From contig NC_058368.1 in NCBI RefSeq assembly GCF_018350175.1, positions 168,704,001 to 168,768,000 on the forward strand: DNA of 64,000 nt. Direction: 5' to 3'. Of this stretch, positions 25,963 to 38,670 are shown piece by piece. The notes beneath the pieces are model-generated. The model was not told the DNA's origin. It worked only from the letters and a program-made list of their open reading frames with translations, and did no database searches. This DNA comes from Felis catus (lineage: Eukaryota). Position numbers and translations under genes: made by a program. Every line of letters begins with the position of its first letter. The first letter of the stretch is position 1.

Positions 25963-26085
25963 GTTGAAAACCTTAGCAGAAGAACTTATGCAGACACAGC
26001 AGATGCTTTTAAACAAGGAAGAGGCTGTCCTGGAGCTAGAGAAGAGAATTGAAGAATCTTCTAAGACCTACGAAAAGAAGTCTGA
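25963..26085 (+). CDS. FER: FER internal coding exon (about exon 9, 123 bp), FX/coiled-coil region
   Basis: Acceptor cattctag and donor GA|gtacgt. Translates [40 protein letters not shown](D). Confidence 0.96.
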
Positions 26086-27185
26086 GTACGTAAAAGAAAA
26101 ATAATTTGAAGGAAGAAAACTTAACTGATGTAATTTTACAGAACGCTTCAGTTACATGGTATAATGAACATAAAATTTCTAGAAGCTGAAATTTCATTTT
26201 AAGTACAAAACTTTGTATAATTGAGTTACTTTATAGGACTCTGGAAAAATGATTCTGGGTTTTGTCAATATAGTGTCCTGATCAAATGTCTCAATATTTT
26301 AACAATTTGAACTGTTTTCTGAAAAATCCTGTTAAAAGTTGTCTTTATTCCTCTCATCAGCGTCCACAAGATTCACTGTGAATTCCTTGTTCAGAAAGTG
26401 GCAGGTCAATGTTCTCTATAAATTGGCTTCCCCTGTGTTAGAAGGAAACAAACTTATTAGAAAATAGCAATCTGTTTCACTTACGAAAATCCTTCTGAGA
26501 CTTGCTACGCTGTTTTGTCTTACTGTTGTTTCTTGATGATTTCTGGATCTGTAAATATCCTCCTGGATCCTCTTACTTTACTTGTCTGTGGATACTGTTG
26601 TTTTCAATGATTTTAATAATTACATTTTCTACCATTTTAAAGTTTAAATTTTGATCTATAACTTAAAATTTATAATCTGGCTTTGGTTATTGCTTACATC
26701 TGCAACAGGTGTTACTGGTATGGTGTCTCTACTCTCTACTCCTGACTAGAGTATATACATTTCTTGCTATCATACTCTCATAACTGGGTTGGTTTATCAA
26801 GATTCTCAAGGAAATTATGATGTGTCGAATTTCTCTGGTCTATAGTTGCACTTTCTACATAACTTCTAAAATATTCTCCACTTCTTTCAAGTCTCTGATC
26901 CTCTTATCTCCACCCATCATTGTCAGCAGTTGGATATCTTCTACATTACAGAAAAAAATTAGAATCATCAGGTGGCAACTCTCTTATTTTCTGTGACTAA
27001 ATATCCATATCTGCTGCGTTTGTACCCATTCTCTGTGCTTACTTCCATAGAGGAACTGTTCCTTTTCTCAAGTCTATTTCTTGTGCCTCTTTTTGTATCA
27101 TGTCTTCTCATACTTTCTCAGAAATTTTACATCATTTTTTATATTAGATTTACCTTTTCTTCTCAATTGGATCCAATTTTTGCTT

Positions 27186-27377
27186 ATTTTTTTTATTTTT
27201 GTTTATTTATTTAGAGAGAGAGTGCATGTGTGTGCATGTATGGGGAGGGGCAGAGAGAGAGGGAAAGAAAGAATCCCAGACAGGCTCTGTGCTGTTAGCA
27301 CTTGAACCCCACAAACCATGACCTGAGCCGAAACCAAGAGTTGGACACTTAACTGACTGAGCCACCCAGGTGCCCCA
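27186..27377 (-). mobile_element. Can-SINE
   Basis: Reverse SINE. TSD tgct(t/c)attt. Confidence 0.88.
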
Positions 27378-27996
27378 GTGCTCATTTGTTAAATATTCTT
27401 AAGTGTTGATTCTTAAAACAATTTCTACATCTCTGCCCACCCCAGATAACCCTTCTATATTTTCCCCCAACTGCCTTTGCCTATTGTTTTCTTAGTCATA
27501 CTTGTTCTCAGAGTGATTATATTCACTCATTTCTTTAATTCCTACTTAGTTCTCAACCCATATATATCTAGCTTATTCCTCGTCACCGCTGAAATAGGTA
27601 TCTGTAAGATCTCCAATGACTTCTACATTGCTAAATTTAAAAAGTATCTTACTTGACATCCTCTCAGTATCTGACTTTGTCGACTACATGTTTGTTTGTT
27701 TGTTTGTTTTTCTGTTGGTGTTTTGGACCAGATCTTTTGCTTCTCTTTGTGGCTACTCCTTTATAAACTCATTCTCCTTCACTAAGCCAGTCTATTTTGG
27801 AGTTACTCAAGGAATGGCCTTAGGTTACATTCACTCCCTAGATGGTTTCCTGATGATGACCCACATTTATTACTCTTGCTCAGATTTTTCCTCTGAACTC
27901 AATGTCCATGTAGTCAATTGCCTACTTGACATAACTCCTTGGATGTCTTGGAAGTAAATTTCCCATGTCTAAGGTTGAATTAACAGTCTCAACACA

Positions 27997-28237
27997 GAGA
28001 TGCCTGGGGGGCTCAGTCAGTTGAGTGTCTGATTCTTGATTTCGGCTCAGGTCATGATCCTAGGGTGGTGGGATTGAGCCCCATGTCTGGCTCCGTGTTG
28101 AGCATGGAGCCTGCTTGAGATCCTATCTCTCTCTATCTCTATGTCTTTCTCCTTCTGCCCCCCCCCCACTTGTGCTCTTTCTCTCTCTCTAAAACAAAAC
28201 AAGACAAAACAAAACAAAAATTCATATATAAAAAAAA
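27997..28237 (+). mobile_element. Older Can-SINE within an L2-like region
   Basis: Diverged head, tcaggtcatgatcctaggg, CT tract and (CAAAA)n tail. Confidence 0.85.
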
Positions 28238-29419
28238 TTTGAATACAGCCCAACCCAATTCAACCTAGTTCACTCTTATATTCCTTATTTCAGTGAATGG
28301 CAACATAATCTATTTTATTATACACCTTAGAATATTAGGGGCCTACCTCTCCCACTTATACTATAGCTCTTATTACAACTTGGTATTAAATATTATATTA
28401 GAATCAATGAACTTTTTAAAGATGAGAACAGGAAAATTTGAGTTATTCTGGGCATTCCTTTAATATGTCTGGAAAATTTTAGTATTGTGTTAATAGAAGA
28501 TTCTATTTGGGTTGTAAAAACAAAATGTATCAAACATTACCCATATAAAATTCAAAAAAGAATTATATTTTGCTTTTCTGTCTTTGGGAATAGTCTCTTC
28601 ATTTGTTTACAGATAACCAAGTGGTTCTATTTTTTTATGGTTTTGTAAATACACACATTGTAAATGACTCCTGTTTTAAAATTTAGTAGGTATAGAGAAA
28701 GACCATAAGATGGCTGACCCTCTCATTAGCATGTCTACGTTGTTGAAAGAGACAATCTTTAAGGGGTTGTCTTAATCTAGGAATTGTGAGATTCTTTGAT
28801 TTTTGTTGTTTTTGTGACTCAAATCTTTGACTCTCTTTTCATCTACATAATGAATGTGACCCACTCTCTTACACCTATTTATATTTATCAGGAGATGATA
28901 ATGGGAGTATAAAGAAAGGAGGCTTAAAGAGTGGTGGATATCTGGGAAATAGCATTTCCTGAGTTCTTACTCTGTTCTACATGTTATGCCAGATGTTTTA
29001 TATATATTACCACACTGAATGTTAGCTTCACTACTCCTTTTGTGTATTTGCCTGTATTTTCCCTTTAAGACTTAGAGAATTAAAAAATATTATAATTACA
29101 TATCTAGTCAGTGGTAGAAAACACATGAGTTCTTGACTCTACAGCATCTGTCTTTTTGATCACAGCATCTGCTTGATCTTATTCTTTTAATAGTGTTCTT
29201 ATGAGGGTAAGTTAGAAGAGATAAGTATGTCAAACAATTCAGGGGATGAGTTCTGTTTAGCTCTTTGTTATGGAGTTGTTATTATCAGCTTCATAGCATA
29301 ATCTTGAAAATGTTAAGCACATTTATATAACTAAGCAGTCATTATGAAATTTCATTAATTTAGATATTAGTAGGGTTGAAGTTTGTCTTTGATTTATATG
29401 TTAAAATATTTTGCTGAAC

Positions 29420-29572
29420 GGGGTGCCTGGGTGGCTCAGTTGGTTAAGCATTTGACTCTTTGATTTTGGCTCAGGTCATGATCTCACTATTCATGAGTTT
29501 GAGATTCTCTGTCTCCCTTTCTCTCTGCCCCTTCCCTGTGCTCTGTCTCAAAAATATAAATAAATAAACTTA
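29420..29572 (+). mobile_element. Internally deleted Can-SINE
   Basis: Head joined directly to the CT tract (gagtttgag|attctctg). Confidence 0.85.
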
Positions 29573-29881
29573 AATTTTTTTTTTTTTGCTTAGCAAATAA
29601 CCTGAAAGGGGTTCTAGTGGAAATATTTGCATTTCAGTTTCTTAATAATTCAGAAACATTTCCTTCATATATGTGTGTAAATCTACATATATATTTAAAT
29701 ACACTTATATAATTAAAAGCAATTTCAATCCAGTTTTAGAAATAGATTTACAATAATTTTTACTCTGCAATACTTTTTTAGCTTCATATGCTGTTAATTG
29801 GAAGTATTAAAAACAATAAGACAGAACCACAGTTCTTCACAAATACTAAAAATATCCTATAAGTTAGATATTTACACTTTT

Positions 29882-30104
29882 ATTTATTTTTATTTATTTG
29901 TTTTTTTAAACGTTTATTTATTTTTGAGACAGAGAGAGAGCATGAACAGGGGAGGGTCAGAGACAGGGAGACGCAGAATCTGAAACAGGCTCCAGGCTCT
30001 GAGCCATCAGCACATAGCCTGATGCGGGGCTTGAACTCACGAACCGCAAGATCATGACCTGAGCTGAAGTCGGATGCTCAACCGACTGAGCCACCCAGGC
30101 GCCC
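29882..30104 (-). mobile_element. Can-SINE
   Basis: Reverse SINE. TSD gatatttacactttta. Confidence 0.93.
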
Positions 30105-30827
30105 CGATATTTACACTTTTAAATTATTGCAGTTATACTGAAATTTTACCTAACAGAAAGCATTGTTCGTTCTATTGAAATAATAAGGAACTAAAGTTAA
30201 AACCTTTAAATTTGAGTTTAACATAAATGTCTCTAAAACATTTTATAGTAACAGTGGAAAAAATAAATTATATGAGAAATCATTTGATAGCTTTCATTCC
30301 TATAATTGAATAATATATAGTGAAAAATAAACTTAAAGAATGGTTTTTATGTGACATTAAATTCACACTAACAAGAGTAGAGTTTTAGCTTATATAAATA
30401 ATGCAGGTCTCAACTGAAATGTAGCTATTGTAGAATTATATTTTAAAAAATAGAGTAAAAGGAATAAAACCAACCACTTGAAATGGTATAATTTTAATAC
30501 AACACAAAGTGTCACTGTAGTATACATAACTTTACTCATTACTTCTAAAGCATATTTATTCAAATGGAAGTAATATCAATCTTCTCCTGATTTATGACCC
30601 TTAACTACTGTATTAGAAAATAGTTTATGGGAAAATACATCATGCATATGTCATTTATGACTCAGGGGCATAAAGAGCAAGTAATATTACTACTGGTTTT
30701 AATGCCTGGCTTAACTTCCAAAAAGTGAATGATTATTTGATTTTGTGTTGTTTTGTACTATTATCACTTAATACTTAAAAATACTTTATATGTTATAAAG
30801 TCATAACTCTTACAGCTTTGCAGAATC

Positions 30828-31021
30828 TTTTTTTTTATTTTTAAAAATGTTTCTTATTTACTTTTGAGAGTGCATGTGCAAGAGAAAGACAGACTCTGAA
30901 GCAGGCTCCAGGCTCTGAGTTGTCAGCACAGAGCCCAATGTGGGGCTTGAATCCATGAACCATGAGATCATGATCTGAGCCAAAGTCAGACACTTAACTG
31001 ACTGAGACACCTAGGTGTCCC
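30828..31021 (-). mobile_element. Can-SINE
   Basis: Reverse SINE. TSD tgcagaatctt. Confidence 0.88.
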
Positions 31022-31903
31022 AAAGCCATGCAGAATCTTAAGAGATTATTTGTTTCAACCTCCTTGTCTTTCAAATTATGTAACATCTGAGGCCCAGAAA
31101 TTTTAAGAGACTTGCAAAATGTCACATCTACCTTACAGTTCAGGTAAGACTTAAGTTATCTCGAGTATTGTATAGTGTGCAAATTCAGGGACCTTTTATT
31201 TTTGTCTCCAGATTTAAAAATTATGTATATTACAAACAAAGTTGTCCTACCTAAATAGACAATACATTCAATAACATTTATTGCATGTCTGCTAGGTGCT
31301 ATGAATACAATGAAGGGTAAGATATTTATTGTCCCATGTCTTATGAAGCTTACACTTTTGTGGAGTAGACTAATATGAACAAGAAATTAACATTATGATA
31401 ATTTCTATAAAATAAGGAGTTCAGATAAAAGAATAATAGAGGAACACCTACTTAAGATAGGTACTCTGGGGTCTCCCAGAAATTGGCATTTTTACTAGCT
31501 TTGAAGGACAGAAGTTGCTCCCCCCCTCTTCCGTGTGACAAATGCATGGAAAGAGTAGTCAGAGATAGGGAGTAAGTTGCACATGTAAAGGTTCTGATCT
31601 CATCTAGGTTTTAAATTTATTTAGGGCTTCCTATTGTGTTATACAATCATTTATTTTCTATAGTTTTTTCTTATAATATGTATAACTTGTTTGCTCAATG
31701 GTGTTATAAGCATAAAAAGTCATTAATATTGTCTGGTATAGTGATTACAGTAATACTTTTAAAAAAGTAACTATTGAACAAAAGCAAGATGTTTATGTGA
31801 AATTATACCATTATACATAAAGCTCAATGAGATTAATTGGAAGTAGCTAATTTTGCTTATTAATTTCATGACCAGACATGTTGATTAAAGACAGTTAGGA
31901 CTA

Positions 31904-32126
31904 GGGATGCCTGGGTGGCTCAGTCGGTTAAGCATCCGACTTTGGCTCAGGTCATGATCTGGCATTTCATGAGTTCAGGCCCCACATCGGGCTCTGTGCT
32001 GACAGCTCATAGCCTGGAGCCTGCTTCGGATCCTGTGTCTCCCCCTCTCTCTGCCGTTCCCCTGCTTGTGCTCTCTCTCTGTCTCTCAAAAAATGAATAA
32101 ATGTTTTAAAAAAATTAAAAAAAAAA
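31904..32126 (+). mobile_element. Can-SINE
   Basis: Full SINE. TSD agttaggacta. Confidence 0.93.
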
Positions 32127-32847
32127 GTTAGGACTACAGCCATACTATACAGCATCTACCTCCCCACCAAATATCATTGTTTTTCCAAACCACTAAACTA
32201 AAACCCATAAATTTATATTTTAACTCTAATTTTTGGTATTAGGATAGTGTCTCAGAATGACTAAGTGATTGCCAATATGATACAATATAATTATTTGGAA
32301 CTCCTGAGAGGAGAATAAAAAAGGCCTATCTCTAAAACAGATTATTTAAGAACCCGAGGCATATGAGATGATAAAACCTCACCTAACCAGAGGAAGCATG
32401 GTGCAGCAGCACTGATATACATTTTAATTAAAGTTTTTATTTTCATATAATTACAGATTGACCTATAGTTGTAAGAATCAATACAGAGAGATCCCATGTA
32501 CCCTATGCTCACATCTCCCCTATGCTTACATCTCCCCATCTTGCAAAACTATAATATAATATTATAATCCAAATATTGACATTGATACAGTAATGGAACA
32601 GAACATTTTCATCATTGCAAGGATCGTTTGTATTGCATTTTTATAGCTACACTGCCTTCCATCTCACACCCTTTTTTTTTTTTTAACTCCTGGCAACTGT
32701 CTTCCATTTCTGCAATTTTGTCTTTTCAAGAATGTTATATAAATGGAATCACATTGTATATAACCTTTTGAGATTGCCTTTTTATATTCATCATAATTCA
32801 TCCAGGCACTTTCATTCCTTTTCATTATTAAGTAGTATTCCATGGTG

Positions 32848-33282
32848 TGTATGTTAGTTTTCTAGGGCTCCCATTACAAAGTACCACATACTTGGTGGCT
32901 TAAACAAATTTATTCTTTCATATTCTTAAATGAAGTGTTGGCAGACTGGTTTCTTCTGATAGCTCTGAGGGAGAATCTGTTCTTTGCCTCCCTCCTAGCT
33001 TCCCTTAATAGCTGGCAAACCTAGGCATTCCTTGGTTTATAGAAGCATCACTTCAATCTGCCTCCATCTCCCGGTGGTATTCTGGGTACTCTTCTCAGTA
33101 TCCAGATTTTCTTCTTTTTACAAGGACACCAGTCATAAGAATTAAAGGCCCAAATCCACTCCAATATCACCTCATCTTAATTAATTACATCTGCAAGAAC
33201 CCTATTTCCAAGTAAGATCACATTTCGAGGTTCTTAGGGTTAGGATTTGAACATCTCTTCTTAGAGGACACAATTCAACTCA
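32848..33282 (-). mobile_element. MaLR LTR (MLT1-like)
   Basis: Motifs ttagttttctagggct..acaaagtaccaca..ggtggcttaaacaa, aaggacaccagtcat..cctcatcttaa..tacatctgcaa..ccctatttcc and gacacaattcaac. Confidence 0.85.
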
Positions 33283-33664
33283 TTTGTCTAATCATTCACC
33301 CTTTGAAGAACATCTGATTTGTTTCCAGGTTTTGACTATTACAAATAAAGATGCTTCAGGAATTCATGTACAGCTTTTTTTGTGAATGTAAGTTTTAATT
33401 TTTCTGGGATACCCATGAGTGCAATTGCTGGTTTCCTACTAGCAGTGTATGCGTGATCATTTTCTCCTCATCCTTGGCAGCATTTGGTGTGGTCATCTTA
33501 TTGTATTTGAGCCATTCTAATAGATGTGTACTGATACCTCATTTTTTTTTATATTGAGACTTTATTTTTTTAGAGTAGTTTAACTTTCATAGCAAAATTG
33601 AGGGGAAGGTTCAGAGATTTTCCATATATCCTTGACCCTACACATGCATATCCTCCCCCGTTTT

Positions 33665-33677
33665 CTTTCTTTCTTTC

Positions 33678-33716
<39 letters not shown>

Positions 33717-33900
33717 TGGGACAGAGAGAGACAGAGCATGAACGGGGGAGGGGCAGAGAGAGAGGGAGACACAGAATCAGAAACAGGCTCCAGGCTCCGA
33801 GCCCTCAGCCCAGAGCCCGATGCGGGCTCGAACTCAGGGATCGCGAGATCGTGACCTGGCTGAAGTCGGACGCTTAACCGACTGCGCCACCCAGGCGCCC
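33665..33900 (-). mobile_element. Young felid Can-SINE with (TTTA)n tail
   Basis: Diagnostic young-subfamily sites. TSD tcctcccccgtttt. Confidence 0.95.
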
Positions 33901-35374
33901 CTCCTCCCCCGTTTTCAATATCTCTCCAGAGTGTTATATTTGTTACAATTGATGAACCTACAGTGACACATCATTATCACCCAAAGTCCTTAATTTAAAT
34001 TACATTTCACTCCTGTCAGTTTGAACAATGTGTAATGACATGTATCCATCATTATGGTATCATACAGCATAATTTTTGCCAGAAAGCCTCTGTGCTCCAG
34101 TTATTTATCCCCCTGCCCCAATTCTCAACTGTTGTCAACTGCTGATCTTTTTATTGTCCCCATAGTTTTGCCTTTTCCAGAATGTCATATATTTAGAATC
34201 AGACATTATGTAGCCTTTTCAGATTGGCTTCTTTCACTTAGTAATATGCAGTTAAGTTTCCTCCATGTCTTTTTATAGCTTGGTAGCTCATTTGAGTGCT
34301 GAATAATATCCCATTGTCTGGATGAATCACAGTTTATTTATCCATTCACCTACTAAAGGACATCTTGGTTGCTTCCAAGTTTAGGCAATTATGAATAAAG
34401 CTGCTCTATGTACATCTGTGTGCAGGCTTTTGTGTGGATGCAAAATTTTAATTCCTTTGAGTAAATAAAGGAGTGTGACGCTTGATCATATGGTAAGAGT
34501 ATTTTTACTTTTGTAAGTAACTCCCAAACCATCTTTTCGAGTAGCTGCACCATTTTGTATTCCCACCAGTAATGAATGAGAGCTTCTATTGTTCCACATC
34601 CTTGTCAGCATTTAATGTTGTCTGTGTTTTAGAGTTTGGTCATCTCATCACTGGATAGAGGTATCTCATTGTTGTTTTAATTTGCATGTCACTGAGGACA
34701 CATGGTGTGGGGCTTCTTTTCATATACTTATTTTCCATGAGCATATCTTCTTTGGTGAGGTGTCTGTTAAGTCTTTGACCTGTTTTTTAAATCAGGTTGT
34801 TTGTTTTCTTATTGTTGACATTTAAGAGATCTTTGTGTATTTTGAATAATAGTCTTTTATCAGACGTATGTGTTTCCTATGTTCTCTCCCTGTCTATGGC
34901 TTATCTTACTGTTCTCCTGACACTGTCTTTCACAGAGCAAAAGTTTTTAATTTTCATAAACTGCAGTTTATCAATTATTTCTTTCACAAGTTGTGCCTTT
35001 GATGTTTTATCTAAAAAAAGCTTTCACCAGACCAATGTCATCTATGTTTTCTCCTATGTATCCTCTAGGAGTTTTGTAGTTTATGTTTTACTTTTATGTC
35101 TGATCCATTTTGAGTTAATTTTTATGAATGATATAAGGTCTGTTTTTGATTCATTTCTTGAATATGGATGACCACTTGTGCAGTACCATTTGTTGAAAAT
35201 ACTAACTTTTCTCCTTTATGTTTATCATTTTGGAAGACCCTATTTATTATTCAGGGTAAAGTAAAGGTGAAATAGTTTAGTATAGAGATTATAAATGCCA
35301 TGAGAAGTCATGTTTAAAAAGAGCCTTTTCTCTAAACTTTATATGTGGTTTAAATTTTTTTAATTCATTAATTT

Positions 35375-36310
35375 ATTATTTTTATTGAAGTATAGTTGAC
35401 ATACAACATTGTTAGTTTCATGTGTACAACATTGTGATTCGACATTTGTTTACATTACAAAATGGTCACTATGATAAATCTAGTTACTATCACCATATAA
35501 AGTTATTACAATACTATTGACTGTATTTCCTCTGCTGTACTTTACCTCTATGACTTACTTGTTTTATAACTGGAAGTTTGTACCTCTTAACTCCCTTTGC
35601 ATATTTTTCCTGTCCTCCTACCCCCTCCCCTCTGTAACTACCAGTTTTCTCTCTGTATTTATGAGTTCATTTCTGTTTCTGTTCTGATTTGCTTTTTAGA
35701 CTCTACATATAAGTGAAGTCATACGGTGTTTGCTTTTCTCTGCCTGACTTATTTTACTTAGCATAATACCCTTTAGGTCCATCCATGTTGTCACAAATGG
35801 CAAGATTTCGGGCACCTGGGTGGCTCAGTCGGTTGCGCATCTGACTCTTGATTTCTGCTCAGGTCATAATCTCAGGGTCATGGGATTGAGCCCCGCATAG
35901 GGCTCCACCGTGAGCATGGAGCCTGCTTAAAATTCTCGCTCACTATCTCTCTCTCTCCCCACTCATATGCTAGCTATTTCTCTCTGTTAAAAAAAAAAAA
36001 AGTCAAGTTTCATTCTTTTTTTATGGCTGAGTATACGTTTCATTATGTAGATGTATATTTTTTATATATATATTTTATAAATTTATATATATATTTATAT
36101 ATATTTGAATAATATATATCCACACAACACCACATTGTCTTTATCCATTCATTATTGATGGACACTTAGGGTGCTTCCATATCTTGGCTATTGTAAATAA
36201 TGCTGCAGTGAAAATGTGGTGTGTGTATCTTTTTGAATTATTGTTTTTGTTTTCTTTGGGTAAATATCCAGATTTGGAATTGCTGGATTGTCTGGTATTT
36301 CTATTCTTTT
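35375..36310 (-). mobile_element. L1 3' fragment interrupted by a + strand SINE (about 35810-36001)
   Basis: Motifs tattgaagtatagttgacatacaac, ttagcataataccc..ggtccatccatgttgtcacaaatggcaag and ttccatatcttggctattgtaaataatgctgc. Confidence 0.85.
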
Positions 36311-36524
36311 TTTTTTATTTCAATGGTTTATTTAATGGTTTAATCCCTTAAAAATTTTATTTAGTATTTAATGAAGCTAAAACTAATTTATGTGATACAG
36401 TCATTTTCTGGTTGAAAAATACTTCTAACTCTTTAATATTTTTCTCTAAAGTCTATATCCTAGTTGTTACTGGCTATGCATACTATACAACCATATAATG
36501 TTTCTTATATTTCAGCCATTAAAA

Positions 36525-36915
36525 AAAATATTTTAGGTAGAGAGAGAGAATGAGCAGGGGAGAGGAGCAGAAGGAGAGAGAATCTTAAGCAGGATCCATG
36601 CTCAGCACAGAGCCTGAGGTAGGGCTTGGTCCCAGGACCCTGGGATCATGACCTGAGCTGAAATCAGCAGTTGAACACCCAGGGCAACTGGGTGGCTCAG
36701 TCAGTTAAGCGGGCTGACTCTTGATTTCAGTTCAGCTCATGATCTCATGGTTCGCAGTTCAAGCCCCACATCAGGCTCTGTGCTGACATTGCAGAGACTG
36801 CTTCGGATTCTCCCTCTTCATCCACCTCTGCCCCTAACCTGCTGTCTCTCTCTCAATAAATAAATAAATAAATAAATAAATACACAAACAACAACAAAAA
36901 ATGGGTGGTGCCCCT
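36525..36915. mobile_element. Minus-strand Can-SINE with a plus-strand Can-SINE (about 36682-36900) inserted inside it
   Basis: The outer body breaks at about 36680 and its head resumes as ggtgcccc at about 36907. Outer repeats ttt(c)ag(c/t)catt. Confidence 0.8.
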
Positions 36916-36967
36916 AGTTTAGTCATTTAAAATGGACCAAAAACAGGTATCATCTTTCTTAGGGTTT

Positions 36968-37445
36968 GTGTTAGTTTTCTATTCCTGCTGTAATAAATTG
37001 CCACAAACTTGGTAATTTAAAACAACATAAATTTATTCTCTTATATTTCTGGAGATCAGATGTTGGAAATGAGTCTTGTGGGCCTAAAAGCAAGTTGTTG
37101 ATGGGGCTGATTTCTTCTGCAGGTTCTTGGGGAGAATCCACTTTTCTGTTTATCCAGCTTCTAGAGACTTTCCTTATTCCTTGGCTCTTGGCTCCACATC
37201 ACAATGCCTTTTCTCCCCCCCCCCCCCCCCCACCTTTTGTTTTTTGGTCACATTGTCTTCTCTGACATTGTCCCTTTTACTTCTCTCTTATCAGATGCTT
37301 ATGTTTATAGTGGGCTCACCTGGATAATCTAAAATAACTTCCCCATTCCACCATCCTTAACTTACAAAACTCCCTTTTGCTATATAAGGTTACATATTCC
37401 TAGGTTCTGGAGAGAAGGGTGTAGTCGTTTTTGGGGGCCTGCTAT
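36968..37445 (-). mobile_element. MaLR LTR (MLT1-like)
   Basis: Motifs tgtgttagttttctatt.ctgctgtaataaattgccacaaactt..aaaacaacataaatttatt..ttctggag and ataaggttacatattc..aggttctgg. Confidence 0.85.
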
Positions 37446-38480
37446 ACAATTGAAGAGATAATCAAATGTAGGTGTTTTGCTCCCATAAATGTATTTCTTT
37501 GAATTTTTTGTCCTAATGTTCTATTCATATTTACTACTTTGTAATTATCGCTCCTTATTTGTTATTTCATATTTTATTTTTGAAGTTTATTTTCATTCCT
37601 TTAATTATTATTATTATTTTATTTTGCATTTTTCCCTATTGGTCTTTAGGAATTTGATTTACACAAGGTTAATGGTAGTAGTAATGGTTTTAGAGCATTA
37701 TTATTTTCAAGTATAATTTCCTATTAATTGGTATACTTTTGTGAAATCATTCACCCTCTTTTTTGGACTCATTCTGCAGATACATAAATACATGTTTTTA
37801 CCATCTTACCTGGTAAATTTTAAATTGTGCCCTATCCTTTTGTCATGCGATTCTTTTGGTGGTGAGGAGATACAAAGAAGGAACCTTAAAGAAGCTTTAA
37901 GTTCATATGGGTGTAATTTTTTCCAGAACTCAGTCCTTATAAATTTGTGTTCACAAAAGTGACCTTTAAAAATGAACTTTCTCTGAAGAGATTCACAGAG
38001 AACAAGATCTATAACCAATTTATTACGAAGAAAGGACTTACTACTTAATATGCAAACCAGCAGGAATTTATCAGGAAATCTGTGTGGATTTAGAACACAG
38101 TTCACAGACTGTTGAATGATGATGATATAAATGATAATTGCTACTTACTGAATTCTTACTTGATGGGAGGCACTATGCTAACAAGTTTTTAAATATTATC
38201 TCATTGTATTCAGAACAACCCTGACAATTTGGTATTATTATCAATTTTTCCCATGCTAAAACTGAAGATGAGAAAATAAACATGATTAAGCCATTAAATT
38301 GAACCTGTTCTCATTTGATATAATTATACTCTTACCATTATGCCATGATGATTTTACTTGGGAGGTAGTAATGAGCTCTGACAGTATGGTATATCCTTCT
38401 TCATTACTTTGGCCATGAACTCGACTGGTTAGGGGGATTTGTCTTTTGAACATTGCTAGGTTTCTGTTATAAATAATCTT

Positions 38481-38670
38481 GGGCTGCCTGGGTGTCTCAT
38501 TTAAGCATCTGACTCTTGATTTCAGCTCAGGTCATTATCTCATGGTTCATGAGATTGAGCCCTGCATCAGGCTCAGTGCTGACAGCGCAGAGCCTGCTTG
38601 GATTCACTCCCCCCCTCTCTCTCTCGCCCTGCTCACCTTCTCTCTCAAAATAAATAAACATTAAACAAAA
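38481..38670 (+). mobile_element. Older Can-SINE
   Basis: SINE head and body with AATAAA tail. Confidence 0.88.

Larger units (their letters stand above)
32420..35215 (-). mobile_element. Nested old L1M-type 3' fragments, interrupted by a MaLR LTR and a young SINE
   Basis: L1 motifs such as aaatggaatcacattgtatataacctttt, tccattcacctactaaaggacatcttggttgcttcc and tgatccattttgagttaattttt. Confidence 0.8.
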
